From assembly GCF_006345805.1 (NCBI RefSeq), contig NC_043000.1, positions 140,740,001 to 140,804,000 of the forward strand: a DNA stretch of 64,000 nt, in the 5' to 3' direction. Source of the stretch: Octopus sinensis (lineage: Eukaryota). Positions 26,681-39,990 of this stretch are shown here, one piece after another. How positions within the stretch are numbered: the first letter of the stretch is position 1; each line of letters opens with the position of its first letter. A model generated the notes under the pieces. The model ran no database searches and had not been told where the DNA came from. It was given only the letters and a program-made list of their open reading frames with translations. Made by a program: the position numbers and the translations under genes.

Positions 26681-26862
26681 TAAGGTGGCGATGAGTTGAG
26701 TGGCAGTTTGTCTGTCTTTTATATTCTGAGTTCAAATTCCGTTGAGGTCAACTTTGCTTTCTTTTGTGAGGGTCAATAAAATAAGTACCAGTTGCACACA
26801 GGGACTGATTTAATCAACACACTTCTTCCCCCCCCAAGATTTCAGGCCTTGTGCATATTGTA
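26681..26862 (+). mobile_element. SINE family B, diverged
   Basis: TTCTGAGTTCAAATTCC..GAGGTCAACTTTGCTTT..AATAAGTACCAGTTG. Confidence 0.75.
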
Positions 26863-26994
26863 GAAAGTAATATATTTATCTTTGACTAATTGAAGACTCA
26901 GGTCTACTGAAGAGCAATTTACCAAGAGCAATGCAGGAAAGATAAATTGAAGAGATAAGTGGTTGATAGCACTCATCTACAGACAATGGAGCAG

Positions 26995-27001
26995 CAGTGG
27001 C

Positions 27002-27037
<36 letters not shown>

Positions 27038-27150
27038 GGTGGTAGTGGTGGTGGTGATGCTGGTGGTGGTGGTAGTGGTGATGGTGATGCTGGTGGTAGT
27101 GGTGGTGGTGGTGAAGGTAGTGGTGGTGGTGGTGGTAGTAGTATTAGTAG
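26995..27150. repeat. (AGT)n/(GGT)n trinucleotide repeat
   Basis: Directly visible. Confidence 0.95.
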
Positions 27151-27540
27151 TATATGTTTCTATACATGTGATATGTATCTAGATGATTCTATAGGATATA
27201 GTAAAACAAGGGCGTGAATGATTTATAAATGAGAGGAGAAATTTTAACTGCTGGTAAAAAAGAATGTTATCTTCGTACTTCGAATGTTTTAATCAACCAA
27301 TTAGTGTACTTGTGTAGCTGCAGTATATAGCCATAAATTACTATGAGATGAAGAGATCTTATAACTGAGCTTAGTACTTATTCTATCAGTACTTATTCTA
27401 TCAGTACTTATTCTATCAGTCTCGAGGCATTGCTACGCTATGCTTGAATGGACAGTATTTGGCTCACTCCAATTGACTACTGCAACGAGCTCCTAGGCTG
27501 CCGATTCACCCTGAAAGTAGAATGTATATATTGCGAATCC

Positions 27541-27700
27541 AGATCTTATAACTAAGCTTAGTACTTATTCTATCAGTCTCTTTTGCCAAACCACTAAGTT
27601 ACAGGGACGTAAACACACCAGTATCGGTTGTCAAGCGTTTCTGAGGGGGACAAACACAGCTACACAAAGACACACATATATATATATATATATATACAAT
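27541..27700 (-). mobile_element. SINE family A, partial 3' half
   Basis: AGTACTTATTCTATCAGTCTCTTTTGCC..GTAAACACACCAG..GGTTGTCAAGCG. Confidence 0.8.
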
Positions 27701-27703
27701 ATA

Positions 27704-28134
27704 CAACAGCATAATGATTAATTTTCCTGTAATGCATAATTCACCTAATGTTTTACGGAATATTTACTCTTAACTTATGTCTATGAAAAAATAGGCACCT
27801 GTAATGATGCGATCTTGGAAATCTCCAGCATGCATGCACAGAGTTGGATTCTTCTAGGTGGCCTGCTGGAAGTCCCCTCATGTGCATGCGCAGAAAACTA
27901 GCAGCAGCGAAATTTCCCTCGTATCGTCCTCTCAAATGCTGGCAGCCGAACAAGACAGTTGTGTTTTAGCACCTCTCTCAAGCTGCTACCTCGTGGCATT
28001 TCTCTGCTATGCTTGAACGGACAGGATTTGGCTCACTCCACTTCACTACTGCGACGAGCTCCTAGGCTGCCGATTCACCCTGAAAGAGGAATATATATAT
28101 TGCGAATCCAAAAATAAAGATATTTATGCTGTTG
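27704..28134. mobile_element. Candidate MITE with 11-bp TIRs
   Basis: CAACAGCATAA (27704-27714) and TTATGCTGTTG (28124-28134) are perfect inverted repeats. Left flank TA, right flank AA, so the TSD is imperfect. Confidence 0.4.
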
Positions 28135-28413
28135 AAGTTAACCAGAAGTCTTGACTCTTTCCTTCGATTAATATTTTAATGTAAAGGATGCGAGCTGCAC
28201 CCATTCAGTGCAGGGACCTCTCATCCTGTTACACACCCAACTTTGCTTTGATTAACCACCGCTACTTACTTTGGTGCATTGTCAAACATTTCTATGGAAG
28301 GAGTATAATTGATAGAATTCAACTTCAAAATATGCCGAACACTTATTTGAAACTGAAGGGATTTCATGCATTGTCAACTGTGACATGAGTAGATCTAAAA
28401 ATATAAAATGATG

Positions 28414-28814
28414 CTCTTTTACTCTTTTATTTGTTTCAGTCATGTGACTGTGGCCATGCTGGAGCACCACCTTTAGTTGAGCAAATGGACCCCAGGACTT
28501 ATTCTTTGTAAGCCTAGTACTTATTCTATTGGTCTCTTTTGCTGAACCTCTAAGTTACGGGGACGTAAACACACCAGCATCGGTTGTCAAGCGTTTCTGG
28601 GGGGGATAAACACAGCTACACAAAGACACACATACATATATATATACACATATATACGACGGGCTTCTTTTAGTTTCCATCTACCAAATCCACTAACAAG
28701 GCTTTGGTCAGCCCGAAGCTATAGTAGATGACACTTGTCCAAGGTGCCACGCAGTGGGACTGAACCCAGAACCATGTGGTTCGTAAGCATGCTACTTACC
28801 ACACAGCCACTCCT
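28414..28814 (-). mobile_element. SINE family A, full length
   Basis: Reverse complement of the 7259-7625 pattern. Confidence 0.9.
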
Positions 28815-29061
28815 AGTTCACTTCACTTCTTTCTATAACTATATTGTTCATGTACTTTTCTTCATGACTATCGAAATGTCCCAAACAACTTAGATACAAA
28901 TCACAGATGAAGCTGCAGAGAACAAAGCTTCTGAAGACATGATACTGAACGTTACACAGCTCAACAACATAAATGTATAAAGATGCCCATTAAACATTTT
29001 CCATTAATGTTATCAAGTAAGCCACGACACTTCTAAGTACAAATTAAAAAGTGAAGATTTT

Positions 29062-29425
29062 TTCAATTCAATTCAATTCAGTTCAATTTGTATTGGCTCA
29101 AAAAGCAAAAGCAAGGCCATGTAGTGGGACAGGGAGTTATGTACAGGGAGGGTGGTCATACAAAGAGTTCAGGCCATTTCTGGTCAAAAATGACTTTGAA
29201 CCGAGCGGTCGTCGGCATCTTCACTATCTCGTCCGGCAGCTTATTCCACAGATCCGCAATCCGGATGGAGAAAGCCCCTCTCCTTCGATTGAGATGAAAT
29301 CGTCATAGATAGAGCTTTTCGGAGTGACCCCGCAGCCCACACTCTGGAGCAGGAGTGAAGAACAGCTCTTTTGAGAGGTTACACTTTCCGCTTATGATGT
29401 TGTGAGCGAGAATGAGATTACATTC
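29062..29425 (-). mobile_element. CR1-like LINE 3' end
   Basis: Minus strand reads LILAHNIISGKCNLSKELFFTPAPECGLRGHSEKLYL*RFHLNRRRGAFSIRIADLWNKLPDEIVKMPTTARFKVIFDQKWPELFV* (the CR1 RGH..F S.R...WN.LP motif), with an (AATTG)n tail. Confidence 0.88.
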
Positions 29426-30291
29426 CAGATACAATACTAGACACTTTAATATTGATTAATTTTATGCTTCTAGAAAAATAATGATTTCAGTTCATCTTAT
29501 GCTTGAGGCAGAGCCTAAGTTTAGTTTTTACTCTTGAAAGTCTGACATAAATTTGCCCATGAAGGAAAAAATATGTCTCAAGATTCAAACAATTTAATTT
29601 AAAAGAAGTTGGACGTTGGTATCAGAAAAATAGCCCAACAAATAAATAATTTATTGAATTCCAATGGAAGATCTGAGATTAAAGAATTTCTGAGAATAAA
29701 TACCTCTATCATTTTATATAGGATTCTTCCTTCCCAGTAGACATTTTAAAGTATGTGGTAAATTTTACATTTAGTGATATGCTTTACAATGGTAATATTA
29801 AAAAATGTTCAAAGTCATAATGTTAAATCTTATATATACTTTACATAAGATATGTACAACAAACGAACAGATACAATCAGTATATTTTACTAATGAACTA
29901 CATAATAATTTAATTTTAGTAGAAGCTAAAATTTCTGCATGGAAACCAAAACTCCAGTTTTATCTTGTTTTGATAATTATTTCACATAATTTACATTACT
30001 TGGAAATAAGATCCACATTTGAAATTAGATGGGAAAATCACTAAAGTAAAGCCAAGGAATATTTTTCCCCTTTCTACAAGCATCAAACATCAGATTAACA
30101 AGTGAATATAATCAATTAGTAAATATCTGAATGAGCTTTTGTAACATTTGCATCATATTTCGATTCTCCAGCGTCATTTTAACCTTGATTCATTGAAGCT
30201 GTGAGCAAAAGCATTGAATCTACAATCATCTTGGCCTTGTTCTTGAAGCATTGGACATCGAGAGTTACATTATCCTGAAAACATATATATT

Positions 30292-30793
<502 letters not shown>

Positions 30794-31874
30794 TATGCGT
30801 CTCCTTTCATTTTGAGACAAATGGATATGATTTGATGGTGCTTTGGCTGCTGTTTATTGTGGGTCTAGCATCAACATAGATCTTCACTTTTGGTTCATTT
30901 TCTGTTTTGGTATTAGAGGATAACCGTTATGGTATAATGACAAATAGCAGTTAGCTAATCTTATATGAATTCAAGGAGTAAATAGTGCTCCTTCATACAT
31001 ATACATTGTGACAATAACTCATTGAGAGAACCTCTGTGGGGTCAATTGACCTGCTAGAAATACCAACTAAATATCAAATACCCGTTCATACCCTTTTGTC
31101 TTAAAATGGGAAGGAGGTGCATATATATGTTTCCAGGGTAATGTAACTCTTGATGTCCAATGCTTTAAAAACAAGGTCGAGCTTAGTTAAAGATACAGTA
31201 GATAGTGTTATGCTGGGTACCCACCACAGGAAAATGATAAAAAGGTTGAATATGGAAAATGTTTTTGAATCAAAGGCCCTTTCTGCATGAATGCAAAGAA
31301 TGCAACATGTGCCTTTTACAGAGATATGTGTTGCAAAATATATAAATGAATGCAAAATAAGAATTTGTATTCTGTTAAACATCTTTCATTTTTATGAGAG
31401 ATGGTACATACATGCTATGTGCATGTACTTTTTATCAGTTTTATGGTTTTGATCTTTAAATTTTTAAGCTCTGGTTTAAGAGCTAGGATTTGCCTCTGCA
31501 TTGATCATGGATCTGTTGCATCAGGGAAGACCTGTGAGTAGATAACAAAATTCAGTTCTATTTGAACTACACACACATACATATAAACTGGCACATGTGT
31601 ACACACACACACATGAATGCACATGCACACACATTTCCTTAACACACTGACTTTTTTTCTACCACCAAATCTCATACACCATTTTCCTGCACTGAACTCT
31701 TTTCTCACTCATTCCATCTCAGAAACCTATCTGTTCCTATATTTCTCAGCAACTATTTAACTGCAACTATTTAAACTAAATATTGCACAAGCTAACTTCA
31801 TCCAGTTACCTCTATTTTCAAACACAAGGTTTGGGGAAGCACTGCCCATTATGTGTTATCTATGACATCACTTG

Positions 31875-32182
31875 TGGAGATGCAATGGCCAGTGGTTAGG
31901 GCAGCAGACTCGCAGTTGGAGGATCACGGTTTCGATTCCCAGACCGGGTGTTGTGTGTATTTATTGAGCAAAAACACCTAAAAGCTCCACAAGGCTCCGG
32001 CAGGGAGTGGTGGCGACCCCTATTGTACTCTTTCAACACAACTTTCTCTCACTCTCTCTTCCTGTTTCTTGAGTAACGCTGTGATGGACTGGCGTCCCGT
32101 CCAGCTGGGGGAACACATATGCCACAGAAACTGGGAAACCAGGCCCATGAGCCTGGCTAGGCTTGAAAAGGGCGAGAGAGAG
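31875..32182 (+). mobile_element. tRNA-derived SINE family D
   Basis: TGGCCAGTGG (A box) and GGTTTCGATTCCC (B box). 13-bp TSD ATGACATCACTTG at 31862-31874 and 32183-32195. Confidence 0.88.
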
Positions 32183-32765
32183 ATGACATCACTTGGCCTG
32201 TTAGAAATAGTTGTGAGTTTTCCTTTTAAATTTTCCCCTACTATCTAAGAGAAGGAATATATAATATATTGGATAATGTAGTCCTAGATGAACTGTAATT
32301 AAGAGAAAACAATATGGGCATGGCCTCAATGATCTTTATTTGTGTTACTAATTAATCAGGAATTATGAAGAGCTAAAGAAATCACACTTAGATTATTCTT
32401 TGATAATGAAGTTTGATAAATCCGAAATATGCCCAGTATTCATAGTACAGCTAAATATCATGTCCATTCCTCACTATATTCCACATTTAATTTAAATTCT
32501 AGAGATCTCACTTTGTCTTTTTTTTTTCATTTAAAGTCAATCATTTAGATAATGATTGTTCTCATCACAAATATTATTTTTCTTCATCAAAATTTCTTGG
32601 GTTACTACATAAAGTAATAAGCAACCATTTGTCTGTACAATTCTAGTACTTATATTGGTTATCTATTAAATATTAATAATAAATAAATATTCAGTTTCCT
32701 TCTTCCTTCTTATTATAAAGCAGTTTACCCAAATGCAGAAAAGACATGGTTAAAATGTAAGTTAA

Positions 32766-33070
32766 CCCTTTATTTCTTTTAAAATATTGTTCATCTGTTG
32801 CAAAGATATTTCTATTCAAATGTAGTTATGTAAGTTTAACTTACACTGAAAGATATTGTCTAAATGTTTCAATTAAATTTGAAAATAACTACAATATGGA
32901 GGATTTCATAAAATTACAATCTTTATTCTTATTTAGCTGTTGTTTAGAACATAAAATATTGCTTAAATAAAATTATGATGGATAGTTTTAATTTAAACTA
33001 GAATGCTATAAAACCATCAGTTTTGTGTCATGGAACCAAAAGAGATCAGGTGGGTTGGTTCTCAAAAGGG
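32766..33070. mobile_element. piggyBac-like MITE, diverged
   Basis: TTAA|CCCTTT ... AAAAGGG|TGAA. The right part is the reverse-complement homologue of 34730-34830. Confidence 0.5.
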
Positions 33071-34177
33071 TGAAATGGAAAATTTTATTATTTCTGTTAA
33101 ATTGCTAATTCAATTATGAAAATAATATCTTTCAATCATTTAAGTACTTAAAAAGTTTTGTTGGACATTTTTGATTTTGTTGTCAAAATTTAAAAATCAC
33201 CAATTATTAATTTAGTTACAAGACTCATATTTTCCATACTAAGAATATCTTATTAATCCAAATATATAAAAAGTTTCTGTCTGTTTTTTATTGGGAAAAA
33301 TTATCACTCTTTTTTTTTTAATTGTTATAGTCCAAAGTTTTGCTAATTTACCATAAAACTGTCGAAAATTGATGAAATCTATTTTATCTTGTTAGTAAGG
33401 AATTTAGTTAAGTGAAAAAGAATCAGTGTGTTGCATATTTTATTATATCCAGAGAAAAGCAGAAAGAATTTGATCAGCCTCATGTCAATGCATAAAACCA
33501 CAATGAGACTGCAGTGTTAGTCAATACCATTTACTGAATCACCATTTAATGTAAAAGACAACTTTGATTTGATATAGAAAGAATCAGACACTGGCACAGT
33601 CTCTGCATCCTCTTATGTACACCCTAAATATGAACCAATGAAGAAGTTTGCCTCTATATAGTCATTCAACCAACTAGAAATAGCAGGTGATTTTTCTCAA
33701 AACATACCTTCATGCCGTGGTTTTCAGACATTGTATTGCAAAAGGTATTGTAGTGAAATGACATTTTGTTCTGAACTATCATATTCATTTTTCCCAAATT
33801 TGGATTGCAGCTGCCACAAAGCATTCAGCTCATGTGATTGTGGCTCACCAGCCAGATCAACAGGTGAGCCGAAATCTTCCTGCCTTATAGAATGTTCTGG
33901 AACTTTGCCGATGGTATATTAAAAAGTGGGTAAATCAAGAAAGTTATCAGATCCTACAGGAGGTTATGTAACTTTTCATTATCTTCAAATCTTCATATAT
34001 TAATAATGACTAAAGACACCAAAATGATTGCCAAAATGCTGGTAATCATTTTGATATTATATATCTCTTTATTGCAGTGATCAAGTGTTCTATTATTTAT
34101 TAATTCTTAAATGCTGCTATTCATTCAACTGCTGGAAAAATATATATACGTGTGTGTGTATATATATATATATATAG

Positions 34178-34384
34178 TTAATCCAAACAAGAAAACACAA
34201 AAAAAACACAGCAACGCGAGGACGTGGAACAAATAAAGTATTATTGGACGCTCAGGAAAGAAGGGAAGAAGGAAGGTTTAACGTTTCGAGCAGAGCTCTT
34301 CGTCGGAAACAAAGGAGAAGGAAAGATCCCAAGAAGGGAAGACAGAGGAAAAAAAATTGATGGCAGTGCTCACGAGGTCACATG

Positions 34385-34385
<1 letters not shown>
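34178..34385 (-). mobile_element. Probable Penelope-like terminal fragment with variant hammerhead motif
   Basis: Minus strand 34310-34276 reads GTTT CCGACGA A GAGC TCT GCTC GAAAC GTT AAAC, followed by a T-rich 3' stretch. Inserted in a TA run. Confidence 0.55.
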
Positions 34386-34417
<32 letters not shown>

Positions 34418-34729
34418 TAAATGAACAGATTGAAAAAATATACTCAATTTGGTGTGATTTTTGTGAACTGGACATTCTGTACACAAATGTTACAATGGAT
34501 GATATCTATAGTAACAAAAAATAATAGCACACGTTATTTATTGTCAGTTATTCATAAAGTACATCCCAAACATGCTAAAGTAACTTGGATGTGCCAACAG
34601 TGTTTTGCTTCTGTTAATTTTTAAAATAAGGAAGAATATTGTAAAATAATTTTGTCATTATTTATTTAGTGTGAGGAAAGTTTGCCTGAAATTTTGATAG
34701 AAAATATTAATTTAGATCAAAAGCGTTAA

Positions 34730-34946
34730 CCCTTTTGATACAATTTGCCTGAAATTGCCCCTGGTTCTATGATACAAACTTTCTGTTTTAACGTGATCTA
34801 AATTAAAACTTTCATTAAAATTTCAGATTAATTTATATTCCAAACTCTAGATCAAAATGACAAAATTATTGTACTAAATTCATTATATTTTAAAATTAAC
34901 TGAAACAAAGGTAGCATATGTCAACAGAAATGTGGTTACAAAAGGG
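34730..34946. mobile_element. piggyBac-like MITE
   Basis: TTAA|CCCTTTTG ... CAAAAGGG|TTAA: a TTAA TSD with CCC/GGG termini. Confidence 0.75.
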
Positions 34947-35004
34947 TTAATAGATTAGCACCTGGAAAAGTGTGTTATTTATAATTTTATTACTTGTGCA
35001 AGGA

Positions 35005-35220
35005 AAGGTGGTGAGCTGGTAGAATCATTAGCACATCAGGCAAAATGCTTAGCAGCATTTCATCCATCTTTAAGTTCTGAGTTCAAATTCCCCCAGGGTT
35101 GATTTTTGCCTATAATCCTTTCAAGACTGATAAAATAGATACCAGTTGAAGACTGGGATCCATGGAATCGATTAGACAGCTCTCCTTCAAAATTTCTGAC
35201 CTTGTGCTTTTAGTAGAAAA
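35005..35220 (+). mobile_element. SINE family B
   Basis: AAGGTGGTGAGCTGGTAGAATCATTAGCAC..GTTCTGAGTTCAAATTC. Confidence 0.8.
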
Positions 35221-36838
35221 AGTTTTGGGGAAAAGAAAATCTATGTAAGCAATACGTTCCTATAAAAATTGTTTCTAAATTTATAACTTTAAAACAGTGT
35301 TTTTATAAAATTTCTAAGTAGTGTGTCAAAAAATTTTGTCGACATGTAAATACATTGGTAACTTTTTTGCCTTGATCTCCAGTACACCATGAAAACCACT
35401 GCCTTGTCTTTTAAATAAGACAAGACATGAAATAATTATTCTTGAAAATGTAAGGGTAGTCCTGTCTGAAATATCTTTTGATCATAAGTTTACACAATAT
35501 GGACTGACTCTTTTTATCGCAAATAATTTCAATTTTTATAGATTTGCTTTAACTTTATGTCCATGTGCAATAGCTACAAATAACATCCAAGTATTCATTT
35601 CTTCTATTAGAAAAGGAGATAAATTTTCCACACATCATACCATCACTAAAAAAGGATACATTAATTCATATATTTCTAGAAAGGCAAAAACCTAGAATGT
35701 TCATGGTTGATTCAAGGCTGACCCTTTTTTTATGTTCACTTGGCTTGAGAAAGGCACTGTGTATATACTCTTTGCAGGCCATTCAAGAACAGTGCAACTA
35801 ATATTCATTTCAAATTTTGGCACAAGGCCAGCAAGTTTTTGGGAGAGTTATTCTACAAACAAGGGCAATTTAAAGAATCTCTGACAACAAAAAAACTATA
35901 CTCACTTTTGCATAACTTTTAACACACATACACATACACACACAAATACACAACACACATACATACACACACACATAAACACACATATGCATATGCACAT
36001 GCAAACATACATACATATGTATGTAAGTATTTCTTATATTCTTAATTGGTGATTAATCTCATTCTGATATTTTGATGAAGGTGAACTATAATCATTTTTC
36101 CGATTTTGATAAACATTGAGTATTATTATGCCATTATATGAAAATGACCAATAATGTAAATAAAGTTTAAGTACAATTTAAGAAATAAAGGTAAACAGTT
36201 AAATGTGTCAGGTAAAAAACACCAAAAAGAAAAGGTGATATATAAAAAATGTTCAAGCAATATAAGATCAAAGTGAGGGAAAAGATGCAGGCAGATAAAA
36301 TTGTTCAATAAAAAAGGTGTCAAAATATGAGGCTGAAAATCTATTTGACAATACGTAGATGATAATATACGTGACTAGACAATGTTTAAAAGTGCATTGT
36401 TGAAATATATAAAAAAAAACGATGTTTCAATCAATGAAAAAGGTTCTTTCTTCACTGGTATGTGTGAGAAGGTAATGACATTGGAATGGTGGAATAGGCT
36501 ATGAGTGAACTATTGAGTTCTTGAGACATAGAGTCTGTTTGGCTCTAATGTGTTTTCTGTTAAGTCAAAAAGTTCCACAATGTGTATTGTTACAGGCTTT
36601 GATTGGAATGTTTTTGCACCAAAGGTTAATATATATAAGTTGTGATTGGTCAACAACGACAAATGAGACACCAAGGAAAAATCAGTCAGTGACTCGTTGA
36701 AGCCAACACCTAGCAACACACTTCCCAACCAATCAAAATTACCTTCTCAGGTTATTTAAAACATCTTGTTAATGATATCACATGTAATATGCAGTTGCTC
36801 CACTGGCACATCATATCTTTTTTTTCATTCTAAAGACA

Positions 36839-37220
36839 GTGGTAAGTAGCTTGCTTACCAACCACATGGTTCCGGGTTCAGTCCCACTGCGTGGCATCTT
36901 GGGCAAGTGTCTTCTGCTATAGCCCCGGGCCGACCAATGCCTTGTGAGTGGATTTGGTAGACGGAAACTGAAAGAAGCCTGTCGTATATATGTATATATA
37001 TATATGTGTGTGTGTGTTTGTGTTTGTCCCCCTAGCATTGCTTGACAACCGATGCTGGTGTGCTTACGTCCCCGTCACTTAGCGGTTCGGCAAAAAAGAG
37101 ACCGATAGAATAAGTACTGGGCTTACAAAGAATAAGTCCCGGGGTCGAGTTGCTCGATTAAAGGCGGTGCTCCAGCATGGCCACAATCAAATGACTGAAA
37201 CAAGTAAAAGAGTAAAAGAG
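36839..37220 (+). mobile_element. SINE family A, slightly 5'-truncated, low divergence
   Basis: Near-identical to 7259-7625. Confidence 0.9.
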
Positions 37221-37372
37221 TTATGATTTGAGAAAGATTTGTTAATTTCAGTTGATCAATCTACAGTGTAGAAACTGCTTTATTAACTCACTGAGAGGCT
37301 TCAGTCATTGATTCACCTGTTATAAGGATATACTTAATTGTGATGATATTACTGTAAATATATATATATATA

Positions 37373-37782
37373 GGCGTAGGATTGGCTGTGTGGTAAGTAG
37401 CTTGCTTACCAACCACATGGTTCTGGGTTCAGTCCCACTGCGTGGTACCTTGGGCAAGTGTTTTCTACTATAGCCTCGGGCTGACCAAAGCCTTCTGAGT
37501 GGATTTGGTAGATGAAACTGAAAGAAACCCGTCGTGTGTATATATATATATATGTATGTATATGTTTCTGTGTATGTCTTTGTCTCCCCCACCCCCAACA
37601 TCGCTTGAGAACCGATGGTGGTGTGTTTATGTCCCCGTAGCTTAGCGGTTCGGCAAAAGAGGCCGATAGAATAAGTACTTGGCTTCGAAAGAATAAGTCC
37701 TGGGGTCAATTTGCTCGACTAAAGGCGGTGCTCCAGCATGGCTACAGTCAAATGACTGAAACATGTAAAAGAGTAAAAGAGT
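37373..37782 (+). mobile_element. SINE family A, full length
   Basis: Same head, body and tail as the other A copies. Confidence 0.9.
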
Positions 37783-39529
37783 ATATGGGATATAGTTTTT
37801 ACTGTGATGTGCAATCAAACATACTGGGAAAATGTTAAAAATCATGATTACTCCTGCTTTTTTTGGTTGATATTTCTAGCAGATGTAGTGACCACATAGA
37901 AATTTCCTCCTTGGCCTGCAAGTACATGTTGCTCAAACTCTATCTTGCCAGTCATGATGTATAGAATAACAGTATCCGAAAAGATGTTGATACTCTATAC
38001 ATCACAAATAGCCAGCAGACTTATTAAAAAGTAACTATTAGTGATAGAAGCAGTATTAACACTAAAATAAATATTTATATCTATCTATCTATCTATCTAT
38101 CATATATATGTATGAACGTACATCCATACATACATATATCTTTTGTAGAATAGTGATTTTTGAAGCACATAGAGTTATATATGATAGCCAGTAAATATTG
38201 GGTTGTAAACACTTGTACAAGGAAATTTGAAAGTTGCCTGTGGGACATGAGCCAACATCTCCCATTGACATGACAGGTGTTCTATCAGTGGATATAGGCA
38301 GACTTCAAGTTTTTCTGCCCAAAGGGCTTTCAAGCCAGTATTTACATGATACTATTGTTTATAATTTTATGTGTGCTTTGTGATCCACTATTCTAAAAAA
38401 GAATTATTCCATAGTCTCTCAAAAGTTTACAAAAGAATTCTTACTACATGAACTACACACACACAGACACACACACAGTAAAGAATCTAAGAAAATTCAG
38501 ACTTAAGCATAATGAAATTTTAAAGGCTATAAACATAAACTTCTAAACGGAATTCATTTGACAGATAAATGCTCAAAAGATTTCAATTGTTATAAAATTG
38601 TCGTGCAGCTTGTACTTCTAAAAGCCAATATTCATCAACTTTTATCTTAGTTCAAGAAAATGGAAGATCAGATTAGAATAATCTAGGTTCATATATTTTT
38701 CTGTAAATTCTTTTTTCATACATATATGTTAACACACATACACATCTATATATATATATATATCTACATACATACACACACACATATATATATATATACA
38801 GACATATACACACACACACATATATATATATATACATACACACACACACGCATATATATATATATACATATACACACACACATATATATATATACATACA
38901 CACGCGCACACACATATATATATATATACTTATGTATAAGTGTATGTATAAATGTATGTATGTATATTCTTTTTATTTTTTGAGAATGTAGAAATATTTC
39001 TCATTGCCATTTTTGGCTTTGCAAAAATGTCTTTAAAAATATGTCACAAGTAGTCATTTAATAATGTCATCACTATTGATTTAAGGCATTTCATTTTATG
39101 TAGATATAGGCTGGATGGATCAACAAAAGGGCTTTTCCACATCTCATCCTATTACAACAAAAATTCATTCCTAATCTTCATGATAATTTCTATATTCTAT
39201 TTTATAGATTGAAGTAAATATTTGAGTTCTTTTAAGATTTTATGCTCCTATATAGCCTGACAAATGGATTGACCAAAACTCCCATACAGATTGCACAATA
39301 TCTAACTAATCTTGTTTAAACCACAAGCCATCTTATACTCATCATATCTTTATTGTTCATTCAAATATTTTGAGCATTTTGGACAGGCAAAGTTAAGAAA
39401 ATTCTAAATATTTACAAACTGAGGTGGATGATTAAATGAAATAAATTGCATGATGAGTTACCTGAGTAAAATATTCTACAGCTCAGCTGCTAAGAAATTG
39501 TGATTAAATGTTTCAGGATGGTATTACTG

Positions 39530-39670
39530 GATATATTCTTCAAGCCAAGCCAACAGACAGGAAACCTAGATGTAGATCAACAAGGTGGTTGGATAATATG
39601 CGTAGTCCCACTTTGTCAGACTTGGGAATCTAGTGAGAAAGTACAATGAATATTTCTTCTGATAGGACCT
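39530..39670 (+). mobile_element. Old RTE ORF-end remnant
   Basis: Reads ILQAKPTDRKPRCRSTRWLDNMRSPTLSDLGI*, resembling the RTE GRRPRGRPRTRWxD..LGI motif. Confidence 0.55.
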
Positions 39671-39800
39671 TATGGAAGAAGCACCTGAAGATTCTACCCC
39701 AACAACTCCCCACCACCACCACCACCACCACGACCCCCAGGAATAGAGAAAATTGTTAGATGGATAGAAATGATGAGGAATTCTTTTTTCCTGTAGCATA

Positions 39801-39990
39801 CATCATCGTTTAACGTCCGCTTCCCATGCTAGCATGGGTTGGACAGTTCGACCGGGGGTCTGGGAAGCCAGGATGCTGCATCAGGCCCAGTCTGATCTGG
39901 CAGTGATTCTACAGCTGGATGCCCTTCCTAACGCCAACCACTCTGTGAGTGTAGTGGGTGCTTTTTACATGCCAGGCAAGGCTGGCAGGT
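39801..39990 (-). mobile_element. RTE family R 3' end
   Basis: CATCATCGTTTAACGTCCGCTTCCCATGCTAGCATGGG... Confidence 0.85.

Noticed and set aside
26963-27217. Gly/Ser-rich ORF
   Set aside because: Translation of (AGT)n/(GGT)n repeats with no flanking coding signal.
28932-28960. Hammerhead-like CTGAAGA...GAACGTTA
   Set aside because: Stem II and stem I do not pair, and the GAAA is incomplete.
39560-39630. Minus-strand exon candidate IPKSDKVGLRILSNHLVDLHL with a good acceptor
   Set aside because: The plus strand of the same bases is better explained as an RTE ORF-end remnant.
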